Assembly (NCBI GenBank): GCA_963667175.2
Contig: CAXXXF010000015.1
Coordinates: forward strand, 64,001-128,000
Direction of reading: 5' to 3'
Origin: Candidatus Latescibacterota bacterium
Lineage (GTDB): Bacteria; Latescibacterota; UBA2968; GCA-2709665
DNA: 64,000 bases
In this document: positions 51,393-60,990 of the stretch, piece by piece
Layout: the number at the start of each line of letters is the position of its first letter
Numbering within the stretch: position 1 is the stretch's first letter
Notes under the pieces: model-generated
What the model was told of the DNA's origin: nothing
Databases searched by the model: none
Seen by the model: only the letters and a program-made list of their open reading frames with translations
Made by a program: the position numbers and the translations under genes

Positions 51393-52890
51393 GGGAATGT
51401 ACCTATCTTAGTTGAAATAGAAGAGGCTCCGATGTAAATTGGATACGGTAGTCTGGATAAGAATTACTGTATCCTCATACGAAAGGAGCCTGTAATGAGC
51501 AAGGTATCATCGAAGTCTCGTGAAGTCAAGTTGAACACGGAAGGTGGAGTGAGGTCCAGGGCGGTCCCCCGAGGTACTCTGGAGGATGTTGACGTCCGTG
51601 TGGCCTTGATCCAGTCGCTGATCCCTCTGGGTCTGGCCGCCGTGGAAGAAATCTTGCAGAACGAGGTCGCCGCGTTGACGGGCAAGAGATACAGTCGCAA
51701 AACGTGTAAGACCCGGAATCGCCGGTGGGGCACGCAACGGGGATCGGTGTATCTATCGGACCAGAAAGTGCCCGTGGCGGTGCCGAGGGTGCGCGACGTG
51801 GTAGCCAATGAGGAGGTATCTCTCGAGGCGTATCGCCGCTTGCAGCGCCCCAGAGACATGGACGAAGGGTTGCTGCTGCGCGTCCTGGGCGGCCTCGCCA
51901 CGCGTTCCTACGCCGGTTGCGCAGAGGCGGTACCCGAGGCGTTTGGCTTGTCTTCGTCGACGGTCTCGAAGCGGTTCATCAAGGCATCAGCGGCCAAGCT
52001 CAGGCAGTTTCAAGAACGGTCGCTTGCCGGCTATGACCTGGTGGGGCTGTTTATGGATGGCAAGACCTTTGCCGATCAGCAGATGATCATCGCCCTTGGC
52101 GTGACCATCGACGGACACAAGGTCCCGCTGGGGTTCGTGCAGGCCGCCAGTGAAAATGAGCGCGTGTGCCGTCAGTTTGTCAATTCGCTCATCGATCGCG
52201 GACTGCAGTATCACCAGGGGCTGCTGTGCCTCATCGACGGCTCGAAGGGATTGCGGTCCGCGGCTCACCAAGGCCCTCTCCGGATACGTCGCCATACAAC
52301 GCTGTCAGCCTGCCTGCCGAGCATCCGGCGCAGGCAGGTGGCACAAACGGGAAAACGTGATCGCCTATCTGTCCAAATCACAGCAGGATGAGGTCAGAAA
52401 GGCCCTCCACGATGCTTACAACAAGGAGACCTACAACGACGCCAAAGCCGCACTGCAGGCCCTCAAACCCTCCCTGGCGCTGAGGAATGCAGCGGCACTG
52501 AACAGCCTCGAGGAAGGGCTCGAAGAAACCCTCACCCTGCATCGGCTGGGGCTCATGCCACAGCTCAAACAATCGTTCCGCACCACCAACTGTATCGAAT
52601 CCCTCAACGCCATGGTCGCTCAGCGCACACGAAACGTAAAGCGATGGAACAACTCCGATCAGCGATATCGGCCTGCCTGCCGGCAGGCAGGTGGTTGGCA
52701 GCCGCGCTGCTAGACATCGAGCCGCGACTGCGCCTGCCTGCAGCAGGCAGGGAGAATCAAAGGATACCGATTTCTTCCCGTACTCAGACTTGCCCTACAA
52801 AAACACCTCAACCTCGATCATGACGCGCAAGAGGCTTTCGCCGCCGACTAAGCGCCTCTCCTTTTTCAACTAAAAATAGTACTTGCCCCC
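51393..52890 (+). mobile_element. IS256-family element with an 8-bp target duplication TTGCTGGC
   Basis: IRs GGGAATGTACCTATCTTAGTTGAAA / TTTCAACTAAAAATAGTACTTGCCCCC; duplication at 51385-51392 and 52891-52898. Confidence 0.9.
51495..52851 (+). pseudogene. IS256 transposase disrupted by a +1 frameshift near 52263 and three palindromic micro-insertions
   Basis: FMDG, LIDGSKGL, QRCQ[ins]WHK, RTTNCIESLN. Confidence 0.88.
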
Positions 52891-52931
52891 TTGCTGGCCG
52901 TAGGCAAGCGCAGTTACGCAGGATTCTGACT

Positions 52932-54047
52932 TCACGACTGCGTCAGCAGCAGGTCCCATGGGATCGGTGCTTCCGTACCGGTTATATTCAGATAATATTC
53001 CTCTACGTAACTGACGTCGTCGTCGGCCCCTTTTCGTTTCAATTCCGCGTCCATGTTGACCTCGACTTCGTATGACAATCCCGCAATCCCTCCCTCGTCA
53101 ATGAGCACTCGGGCTGCCTTGGCCAGCAGTGACGCCCTTTCGGTGTTGACCATCGCTAGAATTGCATCTCCACCCACATTCTCTTCAAAGTAACGCCAAC
53201 GGTCGAAGACGTGCCTCCCTTCCTCCAGCACTTCCTCGATCTCCGAGAAGTCCGCAATCAAACGCGTTTTGCAATCTTCAGGTAGTTCTTCGTACAGGCC
53301 CAAAAGGTCGTGAGTTTTTTTCGCTTCGTCTTGGCGTGTGACTAAAATAGCCTTCAATGCCAACTCGCAGGCAAAGGCGACGGTCATTCCCGATATCATT
53401 ATTAGACCCATTCGCTCCATCATCACACGTTCTGCCGATTGCGGGTTTCGATGTGGTGCCTTTGCTGATACACGAAAATCGGAACCGTCGTTTTCTACTT
53501 CGATGTCGGAAATGCCGGGTGTCTCGAAGTCGTAATCCGGGTATTGGATAACCCGCTTTTCGAAGGGAAGACTCGCGGTCCCAGCCATAAAAGTATAGGC
53601 CTGAAGATACAGGTAACCGGCCGTCCCTCTTGGAAAGTCGTGTCGACTAATCGTCTTCTTCTTACGCCCCTCGGCTAATTTCGCATTGTACCGTCTGTCG
53701 AAATATGCCGTGTCACGATCCATTTCAGGAAAGACCTTGAGCACGAACTTCGCATCCTCGCGATACTTCGCGGCTAGACCCCGACGTGCTGAAGGCAGAT
53801 TCTCAACCATCTCACGGCACATTTTTTCCATCTCGCGAATTGCATCATCTCCTTCGACTGATTTCCCGCACACCCGGCACTTAATCTCAGTCCACCGCTC
53901 TCCCGCACCTAGCTGTCCGACCAATCGACCCCAACAATTCATGCAGCGTCCCTTAATCACTGCCGAGGCCGCCTCGCCTGCACGATGATCGTGAAAGTCC
54001 AACCGCCATCCGATCTCGACTGCTACGGTGTCTGCTTTCTGATCCAT
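52932..54047 (-). CDS. Zn-ribbon + HEPN-domain protein
   Basis: CMNC..CRVC; AFACELALKA, THDL, WRY. Confidence 0.7.
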   Translation of the reverse strand: MDQKADTVAVEIGWRLDFHDHRAGEAASAVIKGRCMNCWGRLVGQLGAGERWTEIKCRVCGKSVEGDDAIREMEKMCREMVENLPSARRGLAAKYREDAKFVLKVFPEMDRDTAYFDRRYNAKLAEGRKKKTISRHDFPRGTAGYLYLQAYTFMAGTASLPFEKRVIQYPDYDFETPGISDIEVENDGSDFRVSAKAPHRNPQSAERVMMERMGLIMISGMTVAFACELALKAILVTRQDEAKKTHDLLGLYEELPEDCKTRLIADFSEIEEVLEEGRHVFDRWRYFEENVGGDAILAMVNTERASLLAKAARVLIDEGGIAGLSYEVEVNMDAELKRKGADDDVSYVEEYYLNITGTEAPIPWDLLLTQS

Positions 54048-54167
54048 GATCTTCCCCAAAATTCAATGTGTTACACTATGCTCTTTCTGACAGCGTCTCG
54101 TTCCATGTCCCCTTCAGGTGTCGTTCTCGCCCGACTCCGACAGAAACTGCGTTCCCTTGTTTGTTGT

Positions 54168-54947
54168 TGTCACGGATTGCCCCAATCAGGCCACCTTTGA
54201 TCGGCGTACTGGAGCCGAGACCATGCCGGCACCATCACAAAGGGCCACGTCGCGATGGTCTGGTGCGTGAAGACGTCCACGATCGTTGGACCACGCCCAA
54301 AGTCCACCTTGTCAATGATCGGTGTAAAGGCACCACGTCGCCCGGATCGAAGTCCAACACGGTTGTGACGTCGGGATGCGCGTCTTTGAGCTGCTGGAGA
54401 AAACGACGGATGGAAGAATACGAGCCGGCATAGCCGTAGGTGTCCACCAACGCCTGGCGGATGATTGTGTCACGGAAACCCTGACAGCATCAGGCCGTGA
54501 CCTTGTCCTCGCAGGGTGGGACCGACGACACCGACTGAGGCCGCGAGGAAGCAGCCTGTAGAACCTGGGCAAGGGTCGCATCATCAGGCAGCACGCGAGA
54601 AGCATCCAGCCATCTCTCACGGCCTGCCACGTCACGTGGCGCCTGCCTGTGCGTGTACGCACGTAGACAAGCACTGGCCTTCTCGCGACCCATCAACACT
54701 CCACGGGCGATCGCACGGTACGACTCGCCTAGCCGCAAACATCTCAATACCTGGCAATGCTCACACACCTCGAACATCCGGTTTGCGATGTTCTTCCCTC
54801 CTGACTGTCGGGGAGACACTTAGAAGGTAGAAACGTTGCCGGATAGTCCGAAACCTATATCGCATCCCAGGTGGCCGCATTAGGCCGATCTTCAACTGGC
54901 CTCATTATGCCGATCCCGCATTGTCCGCATATTGGCGATCATTAACA
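54168..54947 (-). mobile_element. Internally deleted IS21-family element (istA remnant)
   Basis: TGTTAATGATCG end with repeated GATCGGC..AATG.GGCCA boxes; RLGESYRAIAR, GSYSSIRRFL, QVDFG, AWSRLQYA. Confidence 0.8.
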
Positions 54948-54952
54948 ACCTA

Positions 54953-55496
54953 TCATGCGTCGTCGTCGTCCGGCGGACGGTTCAGGGGATGCCCAGGATC
55001 TCGGAGGCTTGTTTTTGGATCTCTAGGATCGTGTTCGCCTGTTCCAATCGTCGTCGCAAACGGGCGTTTTCCTTGCACAGTTGCTCGTTCTCGACGGCCG
55101 CCTCGTCGCGGCGACGCCCCTTGGGTCCCCGCGGCTTGGATAGCGCCTTGAGCGACCCCTCTCGACGCGCACGACGCCACTGGGTCAATTGTGAGGAATA
55201 AAGACCCTCGCGGCGCAGCAGCGCGCCAACTTCACCTGGGGCCTCGCAAGCGTCCGCCTCTTCCAGGATGCGAAGCTTGTACGTTGCCGTGAACCGACGA
55301 CGCTTCGCGCGCGCCGGCGCCTCCGGATCCGGCCTCGTGGTTGAGGAGGTCCTCCGCGGGACCTCCTCAACCAGAGACCCCTTGCTGCCGTTGTCTCCAA
55401 CATCGATTCTTGATCTCATCTCTTGTTCTCCTGTCCGCCCATGATACGACATTGAACTCGGAGTGGAAATTGTCTCACTCTATATTGGCACGTAGG
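54953..55496 (-). mobile_element. IS3-like left end + frameshifted orfA, copy 3
   Basis: Near-identical to 39136-39680 and 49426-49970; no orfB. Confidence 0.85.
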
Positions 55497-55642
55497 GATG
55501 TGTGATTATGGCAGAGGAACCCATTGATAGTTTTCCATCTATCGGGTTTCCTCATTCTTGACACTCTGGTAGGTCGTCTCTATATTGTCCATCGTCTAAG
55601 GAATTAAAGCTGTTGATTTGTCTACGGAAATCTGAGGAAGTG

Positions 55643-56092
55643 ATGTCGATGACTGCGAAATTAAAACACCTTGAATTTATACTAGGTGTGGTTGATCGAC
55701 TTGCGAATAATTCCTTTCGTTTTAAGCGATGGACTGTAATTTTGGTATCGGCTATCTTTGTTTTGTTAGCAAAAGAAGATCGTGGTGAATTTGCGTTCAT
55801 TGGTCTTCTTCCAGTAATGATATTTTGGGGACTTGATGGTTATTTCCTCTGGCAAGAACGTCTATTTCGCGATCTGTATGATAAAGTTCGTAATTTGGAA
55901 GAAAAAGAGATTAACTTTTCAATGGAGACTAAGGAATTTCAAAGAACCTGGCTTGGTGCGGTTTTTTCAACGACAATTTGGCCATTTTATCTTGGGTTAG
56001 TTATATTAATCGGCATCGTAATAGTGGGATGGCGATTAACTAAAATCACAGGAGTTTGCGCCAATGGCACGACGAGTCTTTTTCAGTTTTGA
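55643..56092 (+). CDS. Three-TM membrane protein, putative effector
   Basis: KHLEFILGVVDRLANNSF..K.W, FWGLDGYFLWQERLFRDLY. Confidence 0.75.
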   Translation: MSMTAKLKHLEFILGVVDRLANNSFRFKRWTVILVSAIFVLLAKEDRGEFAFIGLLPVMIFWGLDGYFLWQERLFRDLYDKVRNLEEKEINFSMETKEFQRTWLGAVFSTTIWPFYLGLVILIGIVIVGWRLTKITGVCANGTTSLFQF

Positions 56093-56507
56093 GTATGAAC
56101 ATGATGTATCTCGCGCCATGGTTGTTCGCAATAGTTGGGTTACACAAGGCAAAGAAGCGGCAGGTTTTATAGATGCAGCTGCTTTTGAGGAAATTAAAAA
56201 AGGAGGGGATGCGGCAATAAAACGTTGGATCAGAGGCCAGCTCCAAAGAACTACTGTCACAGTAGTATTGGTAGGTTCTCATACTTGCGATAGTGAATAT
56301 GTAGAGTATGAGATCGAACAAAGCGAGAAAAGAGGCAATGGGTTGATTGGAATTGACATTAGTAAAATTAAGAATTTAGATGGCGATACATCGGAACGTT
56401 GTGGTATGATTCCAAAGGGTTATAATTTTTATCTTTGGAATAAGAATGATGGTTATAGCAATATGGGAGATTGGATTGAAGAAGCTGCGGAAGCAGCTGG
56501 GCATTAA
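56064..56507 (+). CDS. TIR-like protein (MTH538/DUF1863, Thoeris ThsB-like)
   Basis: RRVFFSFEY, VTVVLVG, YVEYEI (catalytic Glu), GNGLIGI. Confidence 0.87.
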   Translation: MARRVFFSFEYEHDVSRAMVVRNSWVTQGKEAAGFIDAAAFEEIKKGGDAAIKRWIRGQLQRTTVTVVLVGSHTCDSEYVEYEIEQSEKRGNGLIGIDISKIKNLDGDTSERCGMIPKGYNFYLWNKNDGYSNMGDWIEEAAEAAGH

Positions 56508-56707
56508 ATCAATATAGGAGCATCTATGGTGGCTCGTAATATATCTGTATCTTATACATATGGTCTATCGAAGCTTCGCCTCAGGCCGCCGAGACGTGTT
56601 GATGCGTAAAAGTGTTTGTGTAAATTAAATAGGCCCCAGTTGAGCGCTCTCAGCAGTAAACTTGACTTAAATGCAACAAAATCGCGTACCCAAGCAGGCT
56701 AGCGTGT

Positions 56708-59683
56708 TCATCCTCCTACCGCCGTGTGCAGATCGTCGAAACTCTTCGCTACTTCGTATCGAATTGGCGATTCTCCCACCCTGAGCGCATTGAAGTGCGC
56801 CTTGCCGCACTCGATCTTGCCGCTCTCGACGTCTCGAAGATCATCGGCAAACCGGCTTCCCTTCGTTTCCACGACGAAATACAACCGCTCCCCTTCATCG
56901 GTGTCGATCAATACGGCCCAATCGGGATTGTAGCCGCCGAGCGGCGTCGGCACCTCGAACCAACCCGGTAACTTTGCGTATACCTTAACGGCCGTGTTTT
57001 TCTCCAGATCATCGGCGAATTGGGCTTCCACGCCGGATTCGTAAACGACCTTGTCGTAGACAGACTTCGTCGCATTGAGCATGTTTTTCAGATATCCGGT
57101 CAACTCTTCATTTTGAAACAGTTCTTGCGCGTAATAGTGATCGTCGCCCAGGCGCTCGTACTTGATTCCGTCGACTAAGACTTTTCTCTTGCAACGGTTT
57201 ATAACCTGGTCGGCCAGATCGATAAACTGCTGGGGGTTTCGCTTGAAGTCCTCGAGCCGTCCGCTTTCGCACAGGACGCGATGGATGCTCCGCCGCGTGA
57301 GCTGCGTTCGATCCTGGAGTTCTGTGAGTACATCGGGCAGTTCGATTTCTGCCTCGTTTAACGTAACCGTTGCCGCTCCGGACGTCTCGGTGGCTTCGAC
57401 CCCGGCCTGACCGATTGCGATATCCGCCGTGCGCCACTGAAGCCTCGTTCTGGGGATGTCCGGCGCCTTTTGAAGCGCTTCGATGCACTGCTTAATCAGG
57501 TGTTCGTTGTCAAACACCACTCGATAGGTCGTCTTGTACTTTATCCGGTCCCAAAGCGCCTTGAATTCGGCGCTTTGGAGCACTGCCTGCCGAGTTCGAA
57601 CCGAACGGCGTTCGTCCGCGTCCTTGATCTCGAGGCGCCCCGCAAGCTTTCGAAGAATCCTGGCGATTTCCGCTTGTTGTGCCGCATAGCTCTCGGGCAC
57701 AACGAACGTCTCCTCCTTGAGCGCTTTGCGAAGCGAGTCCTGAATACGTCCTGCCGCGTCGATATACCGATCATCTCTCAGTTGTTCCCATAGCGTCTTC
57801 GACGCATCGAAGCCAAGGACGCCGGTTTCACCGGTGTCGCCAATAACCGGTATCGCCGCAAACTGATGCGGCGTGACGATGCCAAAGCGAATCCCCGTGT
57901 CCTGCTCAATCTCGTGCTGCAGGTTTTCAGCGAACTCTTCATAGCTTTCCATCGCCACGACCGTGAGTGTGTTAATATCGAAACCTCTCAGACGCTCCCC
58001 GTCCTGGTTGACGCAAAGGCGTAATCCTCGCCCGATCGTCTGACGCCTTTCCTGCTCGGTCCGAATGTCGCGGAGCGCGCAAATCTGGAAGACGTTGGGG
58101 TTGTCCCATCCCTCCCGCAATGCGGAATGGGAGAAAATGAACTTGAGCGGTGTGTCGAGGCTCAAGAGTTGCTCCTTTTCCCTCATGATCAAATTGTACG
58201 CCCGCTCAGCGCTGTCGCGGTTGGTCTGGTTATTCTCCGCCGTATCCGTCCAGCCGCCTTTCCTGTCAATCGAGAAGTAGCCGTTGTGGACGTCATCCGC
58301 GGCTTTATCGAGGTCGACCTCTGCGAATAATGTGCGGTATTTGGGGAATTTCGCAAGACGCCGGTATTCTTGCTCGAACATTTTCGCGTACACGCCTTTA
58401 ACGGAGTTGCCGTCCTCGTCATACTGGCGATACCGATCCACTGCGTCAATGAAAAAGAGGCTAAGCACTTTGATACCCTTTGGCCTCAGCCGTTGCTCTT
58501 TGTCGAGGTGCTCCTCTATGGTACGGCGTATCATCTGACGCTGTAAATCAAGAGTATCGACGTCGCCCGAGGTCTCGCCGGGGCATAGGAATTCCTCGCC
58601 GCCCGGCGATTGAAATTCGACGAATTCGTTACCCTGTTCGACGCGAATCTCGCCAATTCGACAGTCTCTGTAAACTATGCGCTCTGTGATCTGCTCAAGA
58701 TCATCCCCGCCATAGACTTCCAACTCCTGGCGTCTTACTCCGCTTTTGGTCTGCAAATCGAGTTCGACAGTCGCAGAGATAGTGTTACGGCGGTTTCGCG
58801 TCGAAATCAGCCGGATGTAAGGATTGTTGTGCGCGTTTTCGACGGTAGCTGCCGCGACTTCGATCTGCTTCACCAACTTTCGTTCGTATGCATCTACGGC
58901 GTCGAGTCGATACACCATGTGATATTGGTCGACGTGGGTCGCAGAGTAACGGAGGGTGCAAAGCGGATTCATGGCCGCCAGGGCTTTCCTGCCCTGGCCC
59001 CGCAGACCCCCGTCTACACTCTGAGGTTCATCTACGATCAGAATCGGATTTGTCGCCTTGATCAGATCGATTGGCTTCTCGCCGCCCGTCTTCTCGCTGT
59101 CTTTGTATAGATTGTTGACGTCCCTTTTGTTGATGGCGCCAACCGTCACAACCATAATCTGAATCTGTGGACTCGTCGCGAAATTCCGCACCTGTCCAAG
59201 TTTGGCCGAATCGTAAAGGAAGTAGTCGAACGGCGCGCCTGAGTAAAGCGCCTTGAAGTGTTCCTCGGTAATCTGCAGTGACTTGTAGACTCCCTCCTTG
59301 ATGGCGATGGACGGCACGACAATGACGAACTTGGTAAACCCGTAGCGTTTGTTCAGTTCGAAAATCGTGCGGCTGTAGACGTACGTCTTGCCGGTGCCGG
59401 TTTCCATCTCCACCGTGAAATCCCCGGTGTCCAGATGGTCAGTCGGGGGCAGTCCGTTCCGAAGCTGAATGGCGTGGAGATTTTCCAGGATCTCATCATC
59501 GAGAAGGGTCAGGCGGTTGCCAATGCCGAGATCGGTCTGGTCAAATCCCAGACGTTCCTGGGGCCCTGCTTCCCGGGTGACCGTGAAGTCGGTTCGGCAG
59601 ATTTCCTGTCCGCGAAAGAGGTCGCAGACGGCATCAATCGCCTGAAGCTGGAAATCGAGATTTGGTTCAAAATGAAGTTTCAT
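56708..59683 (-). CDS. res: Type III restriction enzyme Res subunit
   Basis: VEMETGTGKT, IVDEPQ, RYSATH, REGWDNPN, GRGLR, YNPDW..VETKG. Confidence 0.95.
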   Translation of the reverse strand: MKLHFEPNLDFQLQAIDAVCDLFRGQEICRTDFTVTREAGPQERLGFDQTDLGIGNRLTLLDDEILENLHAIQLRNGLPPTDHLDTGDFTVEMETGTGKTYVYSRTIFELNKRYGFTKFVIVVPSIAIKEGVYKSLQITEEHFKALYSGAPFDYFLYDSAKLGQVRNFATSPQIQIMVVTVGAINKRDVNNLYKDSEKTGGEKPIDLIKATNPILIVDEPQSVDGGLRGQGRKALAAMNPLCTLRYSATHVDQYHMVYRLDAVDAYERKLVKQIEVAAATVENAHNNPYIRLISTRNRRNTISATVELDLQTKSGVRRQELEVYGGDDLEQITERIVYRDCRIGEIRVEQGNEFVEFQSPGGEEFLCPGETSGDVDTLDLQRQMIRRTIEEHLDKEQRLRPKGIKVLSLFFIDAVDRYRQYDEDGNSVKGVYAKMFEQEYRRLAKFPKYRTLFAEVDLDKAADDVHNGYFSIDRKGGWTDTAENNQTNRDSAERAYNLIMREKEQLLSLDTPLKFIFSHSALREGWDNPNVFQICALRDIRTEQERRQTIGRGLRLCVNQDGERLRGFDINTLTVVAMESYEEFAENLQHEIEQDTGIRFGIVTPHQFAAIPVIGDTGETGVLGFDASKTLWEQLRDDRYIDAAGRIQDSLRKALKEETFVVPESYAAQQAEIARILRKLAGRLEIKDADERRSVRTRQAVLQSAEFKALWDRIKYKTTYRVVFDNEHLIKQCIEALQKAPDIPRTRLQWRTADIAIGQAGVEATETSGAATVTLNEAEIELPDVLTELQDRTQLTRRSIHRVLCESGRLEDFKRNPQQFIDLADQVINRCKRKVLVDGIKYERLGDDHYYAQELFQNEELTGYLKNMLNATKSVYDKVVYESGVEAQFADDLEKNTAVKVYAKLPGWFEVPTPLGGYNPDWAVLIDTDEGERLYFVVETKGSRFADDLRDVESGKIECGKAHFNALRVGESPIRYEVAKSFDDLHTAVGG

Positions 59684-59689
59684 AGCCGA

Positions 59690-59823
59690 TTAGAATAGAA
59701 GGTCCTGAACGTCATCAGGGATTGGGAGGACCCCGACAATCACCCAGGGATTCGGTGCAACTTGATGGTATTGCTGGACCGTCCCGAGAAAACCAGAATG
59801 CATTGTTTGGTCGTGTCGTTCAA
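59690..59823 (-). pseudogene. Collapsed DUF488-partner gene: N-terminus fused out of frame to the C-terminus
   Basis: MNDTTKQCILV | FLGTVQQYHQVAPNPWVIVGVLPIP...LF*. Confidence 0.6.
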
Positions 59824-60776
59824 AGGTGTTTTACGCCGCCGAGGGGGTGGAAGGGTCGAGCGTCTCTATCTGCAGGGTGGCTCTGATCGGTGACCTTTTC
59901 GAGCGCATTAGCAACGCAATGACGATGGCACTGGCCGGCTTCGAGTTCGAAACAGGTGAGTGCTACGGACTCGCCTGAGTCCAGCCAAGCGCCGATTCTT
60001 TCCAGGGCATCGCCTTGATTCGGCAGGATCGTCTGTTCAAAGGTTTTGAACAGTTCTTTGAAATCCGCTTCGGTCTTAAGGCCTCGTCGTCGCCAGGATT
60101 CAATTCCGAGTTCCGGAAGATGTTCATAACGAATACCTACGCCTGTGCAAGCGCGCTCAAGTGTGGTCTTGGAAAACCCGTACTTGCGGCTGATCGCATT
60201 CCGTCTCACGTCGCACAATAGGGTCACGCCTGCACGGATGAGGAGATTCAGGTATTGTTCAATGGACCGCCCTTCGTAGCCAATCGTGAATAGCTGCGAT
60301 GGTGTTGTTTTGGGACGTCTGGACTTAATCCGATCAAGCGTCGGCCGATCGTCCTCCAAGACCTGCTCTGCGATTTCACTGTGTATCGCATAATACGGGT
60401 ACCGCCGGTAGGTATCCGCAACGAGCGCATCCCCTCGCAGGTTTCGATACCTTGAAGCGAACGAACGAATCGAACTGTTTTCAGAATCTCGTCCGATATT
60501 ACTCCCGTCTTCTGTCAGAACCCAATTTTGGTCGTCATCCGCGAGCAGCCCCCAATCCACCAGGCGGCGTCGGTCGGCGTAACTGGTAAACGAGAATGCG
60601 CCATAATGGTAGGGGACAAAGTCGTAGAGTCCTTGGGTTGATTGAGTAGTCCCGTGTGATGAGCGCTCCTTACAGTAAAGAAATAGAAGCTTCTGAAAGT
60701 CCGTATAGCTCACGTCCCCGCCGATCGCGTCGAGCAAGCCGAGTAGCAGGCGCTGGCGGCGGTACAGACGTGGCAT
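59820..60776 (-). CDS. Winged-helix + DUF488 domain protein, copy 2
   Basis: Same length as 40334-41290 and closely similar to it. Confidence 0.85.
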   Translation of the reverse strand: MPRLYRRQRLLLGLLDAIGGDVSYTDFQKLLFLYCKERSSHGTTQSTQGLYDFVPYHYGAFSFTSYADRRRLVDWGLLADDDQNWVLTEDGSNIGRDSENSSIRSFASRYRNLRGDALVADTYRRYPYYAIHSEIAEQVLEDDRPTLDRIKSRRPKTTPSQLFTIGYEGRSIEQYLNLLIRAGVTLLCDVRRNAISRKYGFSKTTLERACTGVGIRYEHLPELGIESWRRRGLKTEADFKELFKTFEQTILPNQGDALERIGAWLDSGESVALTCFELEAGQCHRHCVANALEKVTDQSHPADRDARPFHPLGGVKHL

Positions 60777-60890
60777 AGTTCCTTCTTTCAAATGTTGAAC
60801 TGGCACACTTGTCATCGCAATGGGTCCTGACCTGCCCCGCGTAATAGAGACGAAAATGGATACCCGGTTCGGTTGGGAGAGTGGATGTTA

Positions 60891-60959
60891 CTACAGACTG
60901 CGCACATTCCCCAAGCCATGCTGCTCCAGGATAGCTGTATAGTTGGTTTTGGCGACATC
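60891..60959 (-). pseudogene. C-terminal stub of type III Mod methyltransferase
   Basis: DVAKTNYTAILEQHGLGNVRSL*, recalled as the typical Mod tail. Confidence 0.7.
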
Positions 60960-60990
60960 GCTACCTGAGGCTTGGATTACAACGATCAAT

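Noticed and set aside
54306-54951. IS21 MITE at 54310-54947 with an ACCT duplication
   Set aside because: istA coding sequence (Q|VDFG) continues past 54310, so this is a 20-bp end fragment inside a larger remnant; ACCT may be chance
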